From: Candidatus Thorarchaeota archaeon
Lineage (GTDB): Archaea; Asgardarchaeota; Thorarchaeia; Thorarchaeales; Thorarchaeaceae
Direction of reading: 5' to 3'
DNA: 64,000 nucleotides
NCBI GenBank assembly: GCA_016840855.1
Contig: JAEORO010000069.1
Location: 64,001-128,000 of the forward strand
Shown here one piece after another: positions 1 to 9,333 of this stretch; position 1 is the stretch's first letter; each line of letters begins with the position of its first letter. Below the pieces are notes generated by a model. That model had not been told where the DNA came from and searched no databases. It worked only from the letters and a program-made list of their open reading frames with translations. The translations under genes were made by a program, and so were the position numbers.

Positions 1-39
1 GGTGTTAAATGGACAAAGAAAAAGCTTGCTGTCATATAA
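1..39 (+). CDS. Possible 3' end of an upstream gene (GVKWTKKKLAVI*)
   Basis: Frame open from the window edge to TAA at 37-39; too short to assign. Confidence 0.3.
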   Translation, partial: GVKWTKKKLAVI

Positions 40-129
40 CTACCGGAAATATCCAATTTTCTAAAATGATTTCAGGAGATAAATTATAGAAAAGATTGAA
101 GATTGGGTGTGAAATCCTGAAAGCAATCG

Positions 130-765
130 GTGAATCTAGTGAAGTATCATGATGAGCTTCTTGAGTTAGAAGGAACAGGTATAACTATCTCGCGTATAAT
201 TTCCAGACTTACGCCAGCTCCGCTCATAAACCTGTATATTGGGATTATATTTTCGATATCATCACCAATTGGTTTGGGACCTGTTCTTGATGCCGCATCA
301 TCAATCATTATTTGTATAGTCATAATGGTCGTGCTCCCTGTTACACCTATTATCCTTGAAGCTTTGAAAGGGAATGTGGACTTGGATGTTTCCAAGCGTG
401 AGAGTAGAACTAAGTTCTTTTTGTTTTCAATGATGTGCTATGTTATAGCATTCGCAGTATATGGCATACTGAGATGTCATATTATGAGCACGCTTGCTGT
501 GACTTATTTTACTGTCACTTTGGGAGTTACATTGGTAAGCTTGAAATCGAAGATATCGGTTCATGGAGCAGGAGTTGGAGGTCCAGGTGCCGCATTGATC
601 TATGTATATGGTCCTTTTGCTCTCATTGTTGGCATCATATGGGCGCTTGTAATTTACTCAAGGGTTACATTGAAACAGCACACTCTCATGCAGTCAATTG
701 CTGGAGTATCACTTGGAGCAGTAATCGCGTGGATTACGTATTTCTACATCTATATCCCAATATGA
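130..765 (+). CDS. PAP2-superfamily integral membrane protein
   Basis: Multiple hydrophobic helices; C-terminal KISVH...YSRVTLKQHT resembles PAP2 motifs C2/C3. Confidence 0.65.
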   Translation: MNLVKYHDELLELEGTGITISRIISRLTPAPLINLYIGIIFSISSPIGLGPVLDAASSIIICIVIMVVLPVTPIILEALKGNVDLDVSKRESRTKFFLFSMMCYVIAFAVYGILRCHIMSTLAVTYFTVTLGVTLVSLKSKISVHGAGVGGPGAALIYVYGPFALIVGIIWALVIYSRVTLKQHTLMQSIAGVSLGAVIAWITYFYIYIPI

Positions 766-871
766 TAAAAATGCACATTCAATTATTTTGTACTAAATCA
801 GTTCATATGTGAACTTTCAATTTCTATCCTGAAGCCAGAGAGCTATCTAACCATAGGAATGTCATCCGACA

Positions 872-2110
872 ATGAATGATCAAGTAATTTGTCCCACCTG
901 TGGGAAACGCGTCAGAAGAGGATCGACATTCTGCATAGGTTGTGGAAACAAAGTGCCTGAAGATTTGCCATCAGCGCCACCTGAACCAACACTCGAAGAG
1001 TCTGAGATATTAGATGAAGCCGATAAATTGCCGGGTTTAGATGAATCTGCTTTAGATGAAACTCCTGCTGAAGAACCTATTGCAGCAGATTCGGAGGTAT
1101 TACCTCCAGTTGGAGAGGATTTCAGTTGGGATGATGGAGAATTATCATCAGTTGAATTGAAACCAATTGAAGAAGATATTTCATTCGTTGAGGAATCTTC
1201 TACTGAAGAAGAGTCCGAGGTATCGATTGAAACTTCAGAGGAAGAGCCTGAGCAAGAAGAAGGAAAGAGTACTGATATGTCATGGGAGGAAGGTGTTGAA
1301 GATGTCAAAGTGGGAATGCCATTCACGGAGATAGAACCTCCCAGGGTTTATGATGAGGAGATTCCAGTAACGACGGAAGAGGCTCTAGATCACCTATTTC
1401 CTGAAGGAGCTCCAAAGGAGCTTCGCGAGGAAGCAAGAGAAGCTGTTGAACACCTATTTCCTGAGGGGAGAGGAACTACTACAAAAACGTTCATTGATGT
1501 GGTCGTTGGAAAACCATCAAAGATTGATTTGAAAGGACCTCTCCAAGAGTTAGAAACTCCTGTATGTCCGAATTGTGGCGTTGCTCTCACCTCAGATGAG
1601 TTTGAGTATCCAAGCTATGTCTTTGAGGCTATGGGCAAAGCAAGGATTGATCATGGGGAACAACTCCTCCATGAGAATGAACACGAAAAAGCGATTGAAT
1701 CTTTTGAAATAGCCAAGATGCTTTTCGAAAGAGCAAGAAATGAGAAGGGCATCGCAGAAAGTACAAAGAGAGTTGATATTGGATATGATGCGATGGCCAA
1801 GTTCCATTTTGACCAAGGCGAGAACCATATGAAGGTCAACGAGTACGAATGGGCGATTGTTCAATTTAGGAAGGCAAGAGAACTCTATATGTTCAGCACC
1901 GATGCTAAGAAGCGAGCTCGTTGTTCAGAAAAAGTTAGAGAAGCGTATATAGAATGGGGAAAAGATTTGGAATCCCAAGGAGACCAATTATCCAAGCAGG
2001 GGAGTTCCCGGGATGCATTAGCCAAATATCAAGAAGCCGCAGCTAAGTATAGAGAGGGCGATGATCAAAAGAGGCTGAAAGGCCTTGACAAGAAAATCAG
2101 GAAAGCGTAA
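872..2110 (+). CDS. Zinc-ribbon / acidic disordered / TPR-like helical repeat protein
   Basis: N-terminal CPTCG...FCIGCG, long Glu/Asp-rich region, CPNCG, C-terminal A-x-x-x-F/Y-x-x-A helical repeats. Confidence 0.7.
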   Translation: MNDQVICPTCGKRVRRGSTFCIGCGNKVPEDLPSAPPEPTLEESEILDEADKLPGLDESALDETPAEEPIAADSEVLPPVGEDFSWDDGELSSVELKPIEEDISFVEESSTEEESEVSIETSEEEPEQEEGKSTDMSWEEGVEDVKVGMPFTEIEPPRVYDEEIPVTTEEALDHLFPEGAPKELREEAREAVEHLFPEGRGTTTKTFIDVVVGKPSKIDLKGPLQELETPVCPNCGVALTSDEFEYPSYVFEAMGKARIDHGEQLLHENEHEKAIESFEIAKMLFERARNEKGIAESTKRVDIGYDAMAKFHFDQGENHMKVNEYEWAIVQFRKARELYMFSTDAKKRARCSEKVREAYIEWGKDLESQGDQLSKQGSSRDALAKYQEAAAKYREGDDQKRLKGLDKKIRKA

Positions 2111-2115
2111 GATTG

Positions 2116-3039
2116 CTAGTCTTTCCTCGGTTTGAACCCTGTGAGTCGAAGTATATTATCTCTAAAAATCAAATCAACATCTTCCTGTTTATAATTAAAT
2201 TTAGGTAACAAAGACTTGACTGCATTGTACTGCTCTTCTAGTATGTTATATCTAAATCCACGAGGAAAGAATGAAGAATCAGTCCCAAAAACAACTCTGC
2301 AAGAAGCCCCTGCTTTCAAGGCACGTTCAAAGATTTTAGTTATTGTTAAGTCCACCTCTTGATAGTTCATCCAGTTGTTGCTACCACTTGTATCCATCAC
2401 AACATTATGAGTCTGATACATGAGCATCAATACCTCGCGGAAAAATCCAGCTCCGAAATGGGCAATCATGAAGTTCAAATCGGGAAAATCAAGTGCAGGC
2501 TTTTGTATATCTAAGGGGTTTCCATAACGAAGGTTAGCCTGAGTCCCTATAGTTATACCAAAATGAAGAATAACCAGTAGTTTTTGCCTAAGAGCTTCCT
2601 CAAAGATTGGGTATACTCGATCATCATACACATGGAAATCCCAAGAGCTGGGGTATAATTTTATTCCTTGAAACTCATCCTTTCCAGCTCGTTTCACGTT
2701 TTCTACTGCGTTTTCATCAGCAGGATTGATATTAGCATACCCTAGAAATCGACCTGGAAACCGTTTTCTAGTCGCATTAAATTCATCCCAGACCTCTTCT
2801 CCAATCATCATACCAATAGCTGTAATTCCATACTTATCTAATTCATCAGCCCACATCTGACCAGCATCCCAAGTTTCATCAGGGATTGTAAGTTTTGGCA
2901 TATCAGTCTGAAAAGCGACTCTATTCTGCATTCGCTCAAGTGAAGCTCCGCTCTCTATCCATCGTTTAATTGTGTTATATGTAAAGAAGTGCGCATGACT
3001 GTCAATCACTTCAGTTCCAATTTTTGATATCACAATCAT
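2116..3039 (-). CDS. Amidohydrolase family protein (Amidohydro_2-like)
   Basis: IDSHAH, GIKLYP, ILHFG, IAHFG, FGTDS motifs. Confidence 0.85.
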   Translation of the reverse strand: MIVISKIGTEVIDSHAHFFTYNTIKRWIESGASLERMQNRVAFQTDMPKLTIPDETWDAGQMWADELDKYGITAIGMMIGEEVWDEFNATRKRFPGRFLGYANINPADENAVENVKRAGKDEFQGIKLYPSSWDFHVYDDRVYPIFEEALRQKLLVILHFGITIGTQANLRYGNPLDIQKPALDFPDLNFMIAHFGAGFFREVLMLMYQTHNVVMDTSGSNNWMNYQEVDLTITKIFERALKAGASCRVVFGTDSSFFPRGFRYNILEEQYNAVKSLLPKFNYKQEDVDLIFRDNILRLTGFKPRKD

Positions 3040-3124
3040 CCTATCCCTAAGATTCTCTATAGCTATTCTAGTTCGAGCTCATTAGGTAATAAGAACTCAC
3101 TTGTGGCATGGATTGGATTTTAGG

Positions 3125-5296
3125 TTAAATCCAATCGCCAGTTTCGAGCTTTCGAGGAAGATACTCATCAGTGAGATACTCGAAACTGTGGCTAGCAAAG
3201 GCTTGAATCTCTGCCTTCTCTTTAAGCCTCAACATTAGTTCTAAATCTTCAACCCATGGTTTATTTCGTTTAACAAATGGTTCTTTCAGCATATCTTTGA
3301 CTCGTTTAATATCAGTAGGCTGCATTGGAATCCTTACTGCTTTAGGAATCTTATATTCATCCAAATCACGACTTAGGACACCAAGAAGCTTAAGCTCAGG
3401 GGTAGCAATGAATGGAGATTCGTAGCTAAGTCTCTTACTTCCTCTGAGAAAGACCGAATATATGTAGTGACCATAAGGATCAGAGTCAACAAGTGCAAAA
3501 GCTGGTATCTCAAGCTCTTTAACAAGCATCTTTAGAAAAGCTCTGGTAGCAATATCTCCTGAACCCTTACCAGTTATCACAATACATGGTTGACGATTCC
3601 AATATTTCGCTTCTGCTAGTCGCATAACTGCAGCATCCTTCTCAGATAATATGATGAACTCGGCATCACTTTCGACTATCTCTAGCTGGTCCAAGAAGGG
3701 TGTAACAGCCCATCCACCTGTACCCATCTTTGTAAGATCGATAAGATCACCGCCATCCCGAATAGTGACCCGACCCATTGCGGAACCACGAGCAGATGCC
3801 ACGACATGAATACTATCACGTGTGGTCTGAATCATTGAAGCAACGTCTTCAATGATCTTATCGCTGTACTTCTGTTCTCTAAATAGATTAACATCACTGT
3901 AGTAAACTTCTCTTTTGGTAGCATGTAAATTAGATTTGAGAAGGTTAAACACAATCTCCATCACGCGCGCGGTTCTTGTTGCATCAACAACTGATGCAAG
4001 CGAGTGATATGGACGAGATATTGTACGCATTCCCAGAAGGAGTAAGTCGCGTACCTCATCCCATACTATGTTGTCACCAGACCTGCTTGGGATATCAAAT
4101 GCAGGCCTGCCAGTCAACATGGTTTCGTTTAGAATATCGATTGCTGTATCTATAATCCTCTCAGTTGTATCATCTGCTGTGAGGTTTACAACTTCGACGG
4201 TTTCAATAATAGGTTCTACACTTTCACCAGGTTCTTTGGAGGCTTGAACTCGCTTCTCTGCAGCAGCCCAGTTTTCCTTCATCTCATCGGCTAAATTCTT
4301 GATGGTTGTAGGAACACTCAACCCCGATTCCTTTCTTGTTGGTTTGGGCTTCTTTTTTGGTGGTGGTTTGAGTGTCTTTGTTGGTCCTTTAACTGGAGGA
4401 GCTTTCTTACCAGGAACAGCTTTCTTTGATGGTTTCTCTTTTGTTGGTTTTTTCCGAGGTTTGGGTTCTATCACTGTTTCTTCCTTCTCTGGCGTCGTCA
4501 TTGTTTCTGTCGAAGTTGCAGGTGTAGGTGTAGGTGTAGGGATCGGTTCTACGGTCAGTTCAGCTAGTTCCTGTTCCCGAACCATATCTTTTGCAGCATT
4601 AACAATTGACGCTGCTCTCGCGATACTAAGGCCGCCAACTTTCTTTGCGACATTCTCAGGTGAGGCTCGAGCCAACCGAGCAACAGAATCATAACCAGCA
4701 CGCTCCATGGAAAGAGCAAGTTTAGATCCTAAGCCAGGAACATCTGTGAGCGATAGTTTCGGAGCTCTGATTTCCTCTTCTGGAGCCTCTGGCTGAGGTT
4801 CAGAAGGCTCTGTTATTGCAGGAGTTGATACACTTCGTTTCACCAGATCTTTTGCAGCATCTGTAAGTTTCTTTGCTCCGGCTTGACTAAGTCCCTCGAC
4901 TTTCTTCGCTAGTGAAGGAGGTCTTGCGCGAGAAATCTTTTCTACAGTTTCATATTTTGCTTTGATGAGCTTTTCTTGAAGTTTGGATCCTACACCAGGA
5001 AGGTCAGTTAAACTAAACGCACTTTCTGGTAGTTCGGTCGGAACCTCTTTCTTTGGTTTGGGTTCTTTCTTCTGCTTTTTCGACACAGCCTTCTTTTTAG
5101 GAACTACTTTCTTCTCAGAGCCTTTTTTTGACACACGTTTTGGTTTCTTTGAGCTTGCTGCTTTTTGGTCTGGCTTCTTTGTTTTCTTCTTTGTTGACTT
5201 TGCTTTGGTACTCTTCTTCGTCTTGGGCTCTTCAACAACCTCATTCAGTGTTGCTTGAATTGTAGTTGACTTTTCCTTGGCTTTTTTACGGCTCAC
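3125..5296 (-). CDS. top6A: DNA topoisomerase VI subunit A with long N-terminal extension
   Basis: ATKREVYY catalytic Tyr motif, SEKDA and DSDPYG TOPRIM motifs, KAEIQA; overlaps the top6B stop. Confidence 0.92.
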   Translation of the reverse strand: MSRKKAKEKSTTIQATLNEVVEEPKTKKSTKAKSTKKKTKKPDQKAASSKKPKRVSKKGSEKKVVPKKKAVSKKQKKEPKPKKEVPTELPESAFSLTDLPGVGSKLQEKLIKAKYETVEKISRARPPSLAKKVEGLSQAGAKKLTDAAKDLVKRSVSTPAITEPSEPQPEAPEEEIRAPKLSLTDVPGLGSKLALSMERAGYDSVARLARASPENVAKKVGGLSIARAASIVNAAKDMVREQELAELTVEPIPTPTPTPATSTETMTTPEKEETVIEPKPRKKPTKEKPSKKAVPGKKAPPVKGPTKTLKPPPKKKPKPTRKESGLSVPTTIKNLADEMKENWAAAEKRVQASKEPGESVEPIIETVEVVNLTADDTTERIIDTAIDILNETMLTGRPAFDIPSRSGDNIVWDEVRDLLLLGMRTISRPYHSLASVVDATRTARVMEIVFNLLKSNLHATKREVYYSDVNLFREQKYSDKIIEDVASMIQTTRDSIHVVASARGSAMGRVTIRDGGDLIDLTKMGTGGWAVTPFLDQLEIVESDAEFIILSEKDAAVMRLAEAKYWNRQPCIVITGKGSGDIATRAFLKMLVKELEIPAFALVDSDPYGHYIYSVFLRGSKRLSYESPFIATPELKLLGVLSRDLDEYKIPKAVRIPMQPTDIKRVKDMLKEPFVKRNKPWVEDLELMLRLKEKAEIQAFASHSFEYLTDEYLPRKLETGDWI

Positions 5297-7296
5297 TCAA
5301 GCTCACCTTCTTCAATAACTTCTTCTTCATCATCTAGAGGGATGTCAGCAATAAGATCAGTTCCAAAAGCGTCAGTTTCAGTTTCTTCTTGATCTTCAAC
5401 AGTTTCGAAACCTGTGATTGAGTCCCTTATTTTACCTGCAATTGTTTCAGCATCAAAAAGAGGTTTCTTCTTACCATCATTGGCAATGGTCACCAGACTC
5501 TGTGCAAATTGGTCAGCATACATTGCAAGAATTCCAGCTCGTTTTGCCTTTCTTCGAGCTGTTTCACGTCGTGTTATGAATCTCCTAAATTTACGTCCTG
5601 CATCTTCAAGAGCGAGTTTAATCTCTCTAAGAAGCACCTCATCCTCTGCAAGAGCTTGTTTGCTCTGGCCCTTGAACATGACGTGAACATATGCTCCAGC
5701 AACGTGAATGAATACCATAACAGGACCACGAGGAATTCCATTGTCAAAAGTCTGCAGTTTATAGTTCCTCCAATTTACTGATGCAGTTGCTTTCCAGGTA
5801 GCACAATCACTATTATCTCTTAATTTTGGTACTCGATTTACAAACCTCCAAAGGACCATAGGTGCTGAAGAGGCAGGTTTTATTTCACCGCCATAAGCAA
5901 TGCAAACCTCGATGGCGAAAGAAAGACCTTTTCCAGATGTAGGTTTTCTTGTTACTGCAGCAACAAAGTCAGGTTTGTAGGCCATCTTTATTGTCTGTTC
6001 AAATATCTCTTCACCAACAGGAACAACTGTATCTGTAGGAGGAGCAATATAGTCCTCACTTGAAAAAGCTCGATAAAGGAGCTCGACCTCAGTCTTCGAA
6101 AGAGTGTCGGTAGGAGTTGTCATTTTAAGGTCATCTAGATGCCTTCTTCTGAGATCCTTACTAGCGTTCGATACAATTGTCTTTGCTTTATTAGTGCTAA
6201 GTCGACAAAATGCTTTGGTTAGAAAGCTTCTAAGATCAGGTTCTCTGGTTTCTCTTAAGAGATCTTGGAACTCACCAATCCTTATACTTGCAGGGTGTGG
6301 TTGAGCGTATTTTGGCTCTTCCGGAAAAGTACTAACTCTACGAGGATGTATGTGAACTACACCGTATGGATCAATGAAAATAATCGTGACATGGGAGTTC
6401 AGAAGCGAGGCCATCTCAGCATAAATGTCAGCATAACCTCGTCGGTATTGGATATTCAAATAATACAATCTAATGTAGGTGCCATGGTGAAATGGAAGAT
6501 CCATATTTACTGGTCCGCCAACATGTTCCTTTGTGTTTGCAGTAGTTGTGTAGAAGTTGGTGACAGTAGCAGTATCAGAGTGGAATCTTTTCGATATCGT
6601 GAAGATTGGTTTTCCAGTGGTATTCTGAGCATCACTGAAGGCTGAAGGTGCACCAAATCCTTGACTTCCTCTTGTTTGTCTTAGTTTCTCAGACTTACTT
6701 GACGCAAGATAGATGCCAAATTTCTCAAGGTCATTCGGGACCATACCAACGCCAGTATCAAAACAAGTGAACTCGTATACTTTGAAACCTTCTTCATCAT
6801 CAATAGATACTAAATCAGGCATTTGCACTTCCTTTAATTCCATAACGACTATTGGCTCTCTCTTTGACAATAATGAACGTAAAGGCATTACAAATTTTCT
6901 GAATTCTGTTATTCTTTCATCAATAGTTTCTTTTCGTCGCTGCGGAATTTCTATTTCCTTTCCAGCCTTCACATCTCTTTCAAGCTGCTTACTTAGGGCA
7001 ATGGTATCAATTTGGCCTTCTTCAAGTTTGGCTCGGACCTCAGCTATAACAGCGGGATCTAGTTGATCTTGAAGACGTGGGTGCCTTTTTGTCTTCCACC
7101 ACCAGCTTTCAAGCGCATCGATAGCGTTGTCCAAGAACTCGATCGCATATTGGGTATGCTTGTTAAGACCAGTTTCAAATCCAACAAGCTGCGTACGTTT
7201 TCGCATGAATTTTGCAATTGTCCCCTGCTTGATGTCTCCTGTTTCGACCTTGGCTGGGGCTGGTGTTGGATTTGAGTTCGATTTCTTATCGGACAA
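5293..7296 (-). CDS. top6B: DNA topoisomerase VI subunit B
   Basis: GHKL motifs EFLDNAIDA, DTGVGM, QTRGSQGFG; H2TH region; RFVNRVP and transducer FKGQSK. Confidence 0.93.
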   Translation of the reverse strand: MSDKKSNSNPTPAPAKVETGDIKQGTIAKFMRKRTQLVGFETGLNKHTQYAIEFLDNAIDALESWWWKTKRHPRLQDQLDPAVIAEVRAKLEEGQIDTIALSKQLERDVKAGKEIEIPQRRKETIDERITEFRKFVMPLRSLLSKREPIVVMELKEVQMPDLVSIDDEEGFKVYEFTCFDTGVGMVPNDLEKFGIYLASSKSEKLRQTRGSQGFGAPSAFSDAQNTTGKPIFTISKRFHSDTATVTNFYTTTANTKEHVGGPVNMDLPFHHGTYIRLYYLNIQYRRGYADIYAEMASLLNSHVTIIFIDPYGVVHIHPRRVSTFPEEPKYAQPHPASIRIGEFQDLLRETREPDLRSFLTKAFCRLSTNKAKTIVSNASKDLRRRHLDDLKMTTPTDTLSKTEVELLYRAFSSEDYIAPPTDTVVPVGEEIFEQTIKMAYKPDFVAAVTRKPTSGKGLSFAIEVCIAYGGEIKPASSAPMVLWRFVNRVPKLRDNSDCATWKATASVNWRNYKLQTFDNGIPRGPVMVFIHVAGAYVHVMFKGQSKQALAEDEVLLREIKLALEDAGRKFRRFITRRETARRKAKRAGILAMYADQFAQSLVTIANDGKKKPLFDAETIAGKIRDSITGFETVEDQEETETDAFGTDLIADIPLDDEEEVIEEGELE

Positions 7297-7621
7297 TGTA
7301 ATTCGCTCCTAATTAGGAATCTATTGTGCATCCTCTGTCAATTCGCTAGGATTGATTTCCATACGAAACGGCATTCTGCGCTGAATAGTCGGATTTCTCT
7401 TATTGTATATTAATCATTTCTGTCACTAATCCCTTCAAAACGCCTCTTTCTGTTATTTGGTACTAAATGAAGCACTTTTGAAGTCATAGATAGATTAGTA
7501 GAATGGTTAAAATCATATTAGAACACGTGTTCTAAACTTATCGGTCATGAATTGATATAGGAACAAACTTTTCCGAGGAACGCACGTCGATATCATGAGC
7601 ATAATTATGAAGTCTACAATC

Positions 7622-8404
7622 ATGTCTGCAATTGCCTTGAGATCGATTCCGATTATCAAATCAGGAGATGATTTGACTACATTAATTCTTGAATCAATTA
7701 AAATGGAAGGAATCAGCCTAGAAGATGAAGATGTTATAATCATCGCTTCCAAGATTGTTTCAAAATCTGAAGGAAGACTAGTTCGAGCATCAGATATCAG
7801 TGTTTCAAAACAGGCGGAGAAGATTGCTAAAAGAAATGCATTCGACCCAGTTCATGTGGAGCTTGCAATACGCGAATCAGCAGCGATACTCAAGATTGAT
7901 GGTGTGCTGATCACAGAAACACAATCAGGACTAATCTGTAACTTCAGTGGAGTCGACAAGTCTAACGCGCCTGTGGACGAATATGTTTTGCTACCAAAAA
8001 ATCCAGACTACTCTGCAGAACAGCTGCGTTTAAAGCTCGAGGGAAAAACTGGAGTGAAATTAGCTGTTATAATCTCAGACTCACACGGTAGACCTTGGAG
8101 AAAGGGATTGGTCAATGTAGCTATTGGATGCTCGGGAATTAATGCCTTCAAGTATAACAAAGGAAAAAATGATCTCTATGGAAGAATCTTGAAACGATCA
8201 ACTGTATGTCAGATTGATGAATTAGCTGCATTTGCTGAGCCATTGATGGGACAGGCTGGTGAAAGAGTTCCAGCTGTAATTATTAGAGGATATAGGTATT
8301 CGAAGGGGATGGAAAGAGCGGTAGATATCAATAGAGCAAAAGAAGATGATGTTTCACTACTAACTGAAAAAGAGAAAGTGATGGGCTCAAAAAAGAGCCC
8401 TTAA
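7622..8404 (+). CDS. cofE: Coenzyme F420-0:L-glutamate ligase
   Basis: IPIIKSGDDL, ASKIVSKSEGR, SGVDKSN, ISDSHGRPWRKG, DELAA motifs; start chosen at ATG 7622 (ORF opens at 7595). Confidence 0.9.
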   Translation: MSAIALRSIPIIKSGDDLTTLILESIKMEGISLEDEDVIIIASKIVSKSEGRLVRASDISVSKQAEKIAKRNAFDPVHVELAIRESAAILKIDGVLITETQSGLICNFSGVDKSNAPVDEYVLLPKNPDYSAEQLRLKLEGKTGVKLAVIISDSHGRPWRKGLVNVAIGCSGINAFKYNKGKNDLYGRILKRSTVCQIDELAAFAEPLMGQAGERVPAVIIRGYRYSKGMERAVDINRAKEDDVSLLTEKEKVMGSKKSP

Positions 8405-8414
8405 GTGAGTCTTA

Positions 8415-9257
8415 TTATCCTACTTTTTGTCCACATGAGTTGCAGAATCTTGCACCTTGCGGATAAGGTGTCCCACAGTTCATGCAGAATCCAGCTTGAG
8501 AGCCAGCAGGTACACCTGCACCTCTTACTGTCACAGAATCTGGCTGACCATCACCATCTCGATCGGTATATTGAATAGTCATGGAACCATGACCTCCGCC
8601 TTCATGTGCATGTGCACCTCCGGAGCCACCTTCGATTACGCCTCCGCAATTGGGGCAGCTTGGAACGTTTCCAGCATTTGTTCCGCAATACGGACATTTG
8701 CCTTGATTCTGTGCAGATGAAACATTAGCAATTATTGAGGGAATTACTTTCTTTTGTTTGAAATGGAATTCCATCGCACCTCCAGACTTGAGTTCTACAA
8801 TAAGCCTCTCGCCGCTTTGAGTGGCTTGACTAATGGCGATTAGAGGTAGAGCCAAACTCTCGGTGTTGCCATTTTGATCCTTGTTATAGTAACTCTCAGC
8901 AGTCCAAGAAGATATAGCGGTCCCAACAGCAGCATAAGTGATGCCCCTTGCTAGTGATCGTGTGACATGACGGCCAATGCCACCCATTTGTCTTCCTGCA
9001 CCTTCAAGCAGAGCTGCTCCAGCGACTGCGCCAGCAAGAGCGCCCCACTTTTTCAATCCGCTTTTTTTGGAAGGTTTCTTATACCAAACTAGACGGACGT
9101 CGGTAAGCTCTAGTGAGCCATCCTCTCCATCAAACTTCACATCTTTTTCGCGGACCATCTTTCTCTCGTAACTCATAGTACTTAGACCTGAGTCAGAATA
9201 AGAAACGGTTAGAAATTGCGGTCTATCAGACAATAGTATGCACCGATTGGAAATCAA
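8415..9257 (-). CDS. PH/GRAM-like domain plus double zinc-ribbon protein
   Basis: GSLELTDVRLVW beta-strand motif; CPYCG...CPNCG and FCMNCG...FCNSCG ribbons; true start probably MSYERK. Confidence 0.6.
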   Translation of the reverse strand: MISNRCILLSDRPQFLTVSYSDSGLSTMSYERKMVREKDVKFDGEDGSLELTDVRLVWYKKPSKKSGLKKWGALAGAVAGAALLEGAGRQMGGIGRHVTRSLARGITYAAVGTAISSWTAESYYNKDQNGNTESLALPLIAISQATQSGERLIVELKSGGAMEFHFKQKKVIPSIIANVSSAQNQGKCPYCGTNAGNVPSCPNCGGVIEGGSGGAHAHEGGGHGSMTIQYTDRDGDGQPDSVTVRGAGVPAGSQAGFCMNCGTPYPQGARFCNSCGQKVG

Positions 9258-9300
9258 CGAGAGTAAGTATTAACTTTGTGCTGGCAGATAAAATGAAAGG

Positions 9301-9323
9301 GAGGCTACAAGAAATGCAGCCTC
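9301..9323 (-). terminator. Hairpin terminator downstream of the MFS gene
   Basis: GAGGCT...AGCCTC inverted repeat followed by a T-rich tract on the minus strand. Confidence 0.45.
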
Positions 9324-9333
9324 TTAGCTGAAT

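Noticed and set aside
4518-4542. GGTGTA tandem repeat
   Set aside because: Encodes the PTPTPT linker of Top6A; not a CRISPR or mobile repeat
4299-5258. Hydrophobic plus-strand ORFs (4299-4694, 4983-5258)
   Set aside because: Shadow frames of the Lys/Pro-rich Top6A extension
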